Source: a virus. From it: DNA of 64,000 nt. The notes below the pieces were generated by a model. It did no database searches, was not told the origin of the DNA, and worked only from the letters and a program-made list of their open reading frames with translations. The stretch covers positions 1 to 64,000 of the IMG/VR virus record IMGVR_UViG_3300030419_004676; one strand, 5' to 3'. This document shows positions 60,075-64,000 of this stretch, in pieces. The translations under genes and the position numbers were made by a program. Positions within the stretch are counted from its first letter, which is position 1; every line of letters starts with the position of its first letter.

Positions 60075-60697
60075 TGAGAAACTTAATTGTAGATTATATA
60101 CCATTTGAATTATCACCACAACAAATCCAAGAGTCTTTAAAAGAGAACAATGGTAAGTTAGTGGTTAAGGGTGTATTACAAAGAGCAGATGCGAAAAACC
60201 AAAACGGAAGAGTATATCCAAGAGAGATATTGGTTCGTGAAGCTAAGAAGTATGATGAAAATTTTATTAAACAAAGTAGAGCATTAGGTGAATTAGACCA
60301 CCCAGACTCTTCAGTAGTGAATTTACAAAATGTATCACATAATATCAAGGGTATGCATTTTGAAGGTGATAATCTTTTAGGAACCGTAGAGGTTTTAACC
60401 ACACCAAGTGGTAATATCTTAAGAGAATTATTTAAGAATGGTATCAAATTAGGTATCAGTTCTCGTGGAATGGGAAGTGTTGAAGCAGTTAATGAAGATA
60501 ATGGAGACCAAACATTAAAAGTTGGTGATGATTTTGAATTAATTGCATTTGACTTTGTTTCTAATCCATCAACACATGGAGCTTTTATGTATCCAATGAA
60601 TGAGAGTGTTGACCCAACACAAAAAACACAAGGAAGAACTTGTGGTGATTGGTGTAAAGCTGAAGATATCATAAACAAAATAATCCGAGGCGAATAA
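60074..60697 (+). CDS. Prohead protease (T4 gp21-like)
   Basis: GVLQRADAKNQNGRVYP, ALGELDHP, VSH, GISSRGMGS, DFVSNPS. Confidence 0.95.
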   Translation: MRNLIVDYIPFELSPQQIQESLKENNGKLVVKGVLQRADAKNQNGRVYPREILVREAKKYDENFIKQSRALGELDHPDSSVVNLQNVSHNIKGMHFEGDNLLGTVEVLTTPSGNILRELFKNGIKLGISSRGMGSVEAVNEDNGDQTLKVGDDFELIAFDFVSNPSTHGAFMYPMNESVDPTQKTQGRTCGDWCKAEDIINKIIRGE

Positions 60698-60698
60698 A

Positions 60699-62561
60699 AT
60701 GCCAGCCAAATCCAAAGCACAACAAAAATTCATGGGTTTGGTTCATGCCTATAAGAAAGGTGATATTCCTGCAAGTAAAGTAAATAAATCTGTTAAAGAT
60801 GCTGCAAAATCAATGAGTACAAAAGATATTAAAGATTTTGCTAATACTGATAGAAAAGGATTACCAAATAAAGTTAGTAAGAAAGAATTCATAAACAAAT
60901 TTACAGAATTATTAGATGCAGAAATGGAATCTTGTGGTTATGTTTTTTCTGCAAAAGACCCATCTTATAAATTAAAATCACCTGGTGGAACTGGTGAAGA
61001 GGATAAAAAATTAAAAGAAAAAAAGGATTGGGGAGATACAACAATTAATTATAAAAAAGATACACCAAGGTCTTTAAAGAAAAGTAGATTTAAACAATTA
61101 GATGCACTTGTTCCAAAAGGTAGAGTTAATTGGGTAATAAATACATTAAAAAAAGAAATTAGAGGAATTAAAATAAACCACGAAGAAGTTGATTCATACA
61201 CAAAAGATGGATTGATACTTTCTAAATTTAAAAAAGATGACATAAATAAAATTCTGGCAATCGTTGACCATTCAGGTGGTTTATTTGAAAGTAAAAAAAT
61301 AATGAATGAAATAAACTCTTATAAACAATTTGTAAAGTATATGAATGATTTCTATGGGCCAAAAGGTGTTTATCCAGATAAAAAGAAAAGAACTTTAAAG
61401 ATGAAAGACATTGGATTGGCATATTCAGTATTATTAAAGAAGAAACCTGATTTTGAAATCGGATATGATTCTACAGATAGAGAGATGTTAAGAGATATTT
61501 TAATCAAGTTAAGAAAACTTGACCCTGATTATTCACAAAAAGAATCAATAAGTGAAGATGTATACATTGGATATTATAAAAATAAAAAAGTAAAAGTCAC
61601 TGCTAAATCATCTAAAGAAGCTCAAAGACAAATAGCTAAAAAATTAAGAGTTCCAAAAAAAGATTATGATATAGCTTCAATCCAAAATCTTACTAAAACT
61701 AAACAAAATAAACACAAGTTTGAATATAGTGGAATGAGTAAATGGCAACGAGACAGACTTGACCAACTCTCAAAAGAAAAAGGAAAGAAACCTAAAAAAG
61801 TTAGTAGAGCAGTAAAGAAAAAACAAGATGCATGGGCAAAAAAATATTATACAAAGGGTGGTGGAATTAATATAGCAAAATGGAAAAAAGATGGTTCACC
61901 AGGATTTCCAAAAGAATCCGTAAATGAAGTTGAAAGAGATTACAAGGCAGAATATAGAAAATTTCAGTCATCTACTAAGGCAAAGAAGTATAGAGCAGAA
62001 TTAAATAAGTATAATAGAAAAAAAGGAACTTATGGAAATGGTGATGGTAAAGATGCATCACACAAAGGTGGAAAAATTGTAGGATTTGAAGCACAATCTA
62101 AAAACAGAGGAAGAGCCGAAAAGAGTCGTTTAAAGAAAGAATCAGTAATAGGTGAAGATGTATTCGCTATCGTAGATAAGTTCAATCAAAGAAAACAAGA
62201 TTACGACCAAGTATATTACAAGGATAATAACTTGAATAAAGTTAAGAAACACATGAAAAAGATGGGTAAGAAATATGGAAAAATGAATCTTATAAAAGTC
62301 AAACCTAATGGTAAGATGAGTATGGTTGAAGAAGTTACTAAAGGAAAAGGTGTTCAAAAGATTTTTGATATACATAAAAATGGTTATGGAAAACTTGGTG
62401 GTAGAATGTTAGATAGTTTAAGTGCAGGATTATTTGTACAACTATATGATAAAGCACCAGATAATATAAAAGAAAAGATGAACAAAATGAACGAAAAAAG
62501 ACTCTACATTGTAATTGGTAAAATGTGGGATAAGTTCGGTAAAGGTGTGAAATTATCATGA
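60699..62561 (+). CDS. Basic modular polyprotein (DUF3008-like N-terminus, HNH-like module)
   Basis: MPAKSKAQQKFMG; RDYKAEY...KDASH...NRGR; junctions LKE, LFE, MNE, ISE, VNE, IGE, MVE. Confidence 0.65.
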   Translation: MPAKSKAQQKFMGLVHAYKKGDIPASKVNKSVKDAAKSMSTKDIKDFANTDRKGLPNKVSKKEFINKFTELLDAEMESCGYVFSAKDPSYKLKSPGGTGEEDKKLKEKKDWGDTTINYKKDTPRSLKKSRFKQLDALVPKGRVNWVINTLKKEIRGIKINHEEVDSYTKDGLILSKFKKDDINKILAIVDHSGGLFESKKIMNEINSYKQFVKYMNDFYGPKGVYPDKKKRTLKMKDIGLAYSVLLKKKPDFEIGYDSTDREMLRDILIKLRKLDPDYSQKESISEDVYIGYYKNKKVKVTAKSSKEAQRQIAKKLRVPKKDYDIASIQNLTKTKQNKHKFEYSGMSKWQRDRLDQLSKEKGKKPKKVSRAVKKKQDAWAKKYYTKGGGINIAKWKKDGSPGFPKESVNEVERDYKAEYRKFQSSTKAKKYRAELNKYNRKKGTYGNGDGKDASHKGGKIVGFEAQSKNRGRAEKSRLKKESVIGEDVFAIVDKFNQRKQDYDQVYYKDNNLNKVKKHMKKMGKKYGKMNLIKVKPNGKMSMVEEVTKGKGVQKIFDIHKNGYGKLGGRMLDSLSAGLFVQLYDKAPDNIKEKMNKMNEKRLYIVIGKMWDKFGKGVKLS

Positions 62562-62824
62562 TAAAATTAAAAGATTTAATAAAAGAAGAACATTGTGAAT
62601 GTGGTGGTGGATGTTGTTCTACTAAAGAACAAATTAATGAAGGTAACATAAAAGTAATCAAATCCAAAAAGATTGATAGTAGAACTTGGAGACAAATGAA
62701 GTATGATTTAAGAGACCAGTTTGATGAATTAGTAAAAGTTGGTGAAGATTATGGTGTTTTTCAAAATGCACAAGGTACACATAAAATGTTAAAACAAATT
62801 AAACGACTTATGGATAAAATCTAA
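62558..62824 (+). CDS. Small protein with MIKLKDLIKE tag and CECGGGCC linker
   Basis: N-terminal tag; INE junction. Confidence 0.7.
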   Translation: MIKLKDLIKEEHCECGGGCCSTKEQINEGNIKVIKSKKIDSRTWRQMKYDLRDQFDELVKVGEDYGVFQNAQGTHKMLKQIKRLMDKI

Positions 62825-63813
62825 TGATTAAATTAAAAGATATAATAAAAGAATCAAAAGTTTCTTATATAACAGAATCCTTTAAAAGTAAATTACTTAG
62901 AAAATTTTCATCAAAACAAAATTGGCAATTAGATAGGGATTTATATAGTTGGTTAGCAAAATTAGGTGTTAAGGCAAGTGAAATTGAAGACCATCAAATT
63001 AATAGAAATGTTAAACCATTGAAAAAAGGTATTGAGATTGCAGTTAGTGGTAAAAAAATCACTTTACTTGCAAAAGGTAATAGATATTGGGAATATGACC
63101 AAGAAATACCTAAAGATACCGTTGTTAATGTATTTAAAGATGGAAAACCAGTTTGGTATACAAAAGGTTGGAGACAAAAAGATATTTCAGTAAGTTCACC
63201 AAGTAAATGGGGTGCTGAAAATATGAAAACCTTTGGTTTACAAAAATATGGATATCAAAGTTTAAGTTCAATTCTAAAAATACCTGGTTTAGTTTATTAT
63301 CAAATTTTACTTGATGAAGATATGCCTTACATGGGTGCTGAAAAAATTAGAAAATTAAGATATGATATTCAAGATGGTTCTTGGAGATGGAGAGACAATA
63401 CTGACTTTCAACAAGAAAATGAAAGAAGATATAAAGATGCATTAAAGAGAATTTATTCAGACCCTGCAAAGGTAAAGGGTTTAATTAAGAAGGCAAAAGA
63501 TTATGCTAATAAGTTAATTCTTGGATTAGTTGGTGGTAAACCAAATGCAATATCTGATAAGGTGATTAGTCAAAGTAAGGTAGATGTTACTGATGAGGGT
63601 GAAGTCATGAGAGTGTTGAGTGATATTACAACCGCAATGAAGAAATTATATGAAAAGGTTGATTGGTATTCAAATGATTTAGAAAGAGATATCCAAAATA
63701 AAGAAGAAAACCCAGATTGGACAGGAACTTATGATAGTGCACCAAGGCGTGGTAAAGAAATTGCAGAAATGGTTGGTAAGATAACTAAAGGTAAATTTTC
63801 AGGGATTTGGTAA
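62824..63813 (+). CDS. Hypothetical protein with MIKLKDIIKE tag
   Basis: N-terminal tag followed by ITE. Confidence 0.7.
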   Translation: MIKLKDIIKESKVSYITESFKSKLLRKFSSKQNWQLDRDLYSWLAKLGVKASEIEDHQINRNVKPLKKGIEIAVSGKKITLLAKGNRYWEYDQEIPKDTVVNVFKDGKPVWYTKGWRQKDISVSSPSKWGAENMKTFGLQKYGYQSLSSILKIPGLVYYQILLDEDMPYMGAEKIRKLRYDIQDGSWRWRDNTDFQQENERRYKDALKRIYSDPAKVKGLIKKAKDYANKLILGLVGGKPNAISDKVISQSKVDVTDEGEVMRVLSDITTAMKKLYEKVDWYSNDLERDIQNKEENPDWTGTYDSAPRRGKEIAEMVGKITKGKFSGIW

Positions 63814-63814
63814 A

Positions 63815-64000
63815 ATGATTAAATTAAAAGATATAATAACAGAGGCAAAAGAATTACCACAAAAAGATATTGATTACATTGCCAAGATGACTGATTATAA
63901 TAATCACAATCAAGCAAGATTACATTTGGCTCAAGTAATGAAAAACAGACATTTAGAAAAAGCATATCAGGCAATCATTACATTACATATCATGTTTAAC
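63815..64000 (+). CDS. Hypothetical protein with MIKLKDIITE tag (3' truncated)
   Basis: ATG 63815, open to the window end: MIKLKDIITEAKELPQKDIDY... Confidence 0.7.
   Translation, partial: MIKLKDIITEAKELPQKDIDYIAKMTDYNNHNQARLHLAQVMKNRHLEKAYQAIITLHIMFN

Noticed and set aside
60094-60720. 208-aa - strand ORF
   Set aside because: Antisense shadow of the conserved prohead protease; no motifs
1242-62667. Numerous 60-130-aa - strand and alternate-frame ORFs in the track
   Set aside because: All overlap long, motif-bearing + strand genes and have shadow-like composition
1-64000. CRISPR arrays, tRNA/rRNA genes, IS elements, stop-codon reassignment
   Set aside because: No repeat-spacer pattern or cloverleaf seen in the few short gaps; no transposase or integrase; genes are intact in code 11 with TAA, TAG and TGA all used as stops

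Overview
AT-rich segment of a large T4-like (myovirus-type) dsDNA phage, coding almost entirely on the + strand with tightly coupled genes. It has four blocks. (1) 1-1050: the end of a gp46/SbcC-like ATPase and a small opposite-strand RHH regulator. (2) 1.1-14.2 kb: tail/adhesin genes, namely a ~2,830-aa modular Ser/Gly-rich protein, a peptidase-S74 fibre and two proteins with C-terminal Hint domains flanking a glycosyltransferase. (3) 14.2-44.7 kb: a ~30-gene glycan building/modifying island (GT2, GT7+LamG, five 'TEK' GT10-like paralogs, epimerases, RmlC, split TPP E1 alpha/beta, methyl-, carbamoyl- and sulfotransferases, SGNH, radical SAM, PhyH), with a structured attenuator-like leader RNA at 27.3 kb. 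(4) 44.7-64 kb: head region with large terminase, portal and gp21-like prohead protease, surrounded by genes sharing an N-terminal MIKL(K/T)(D/N)(L/I)(L/I)..E tag and/or built from modules joined at [ILVM]-x-E sites. Most notable is a 1590-aa polyprotein (CCA-adding enzyme, ART-like, HIGH-type nucleotidyltransferase, RNA-ligase-like) near a tagged PNK-like kinase. I infer a capsid-packaged, protease-released RNA/tRNA-repair payload. A motif ATATTTAT(A/T) marks seven operon starts, and GATC appears to be avoided. All calls come from reading motifs by eye; no database searches were run.
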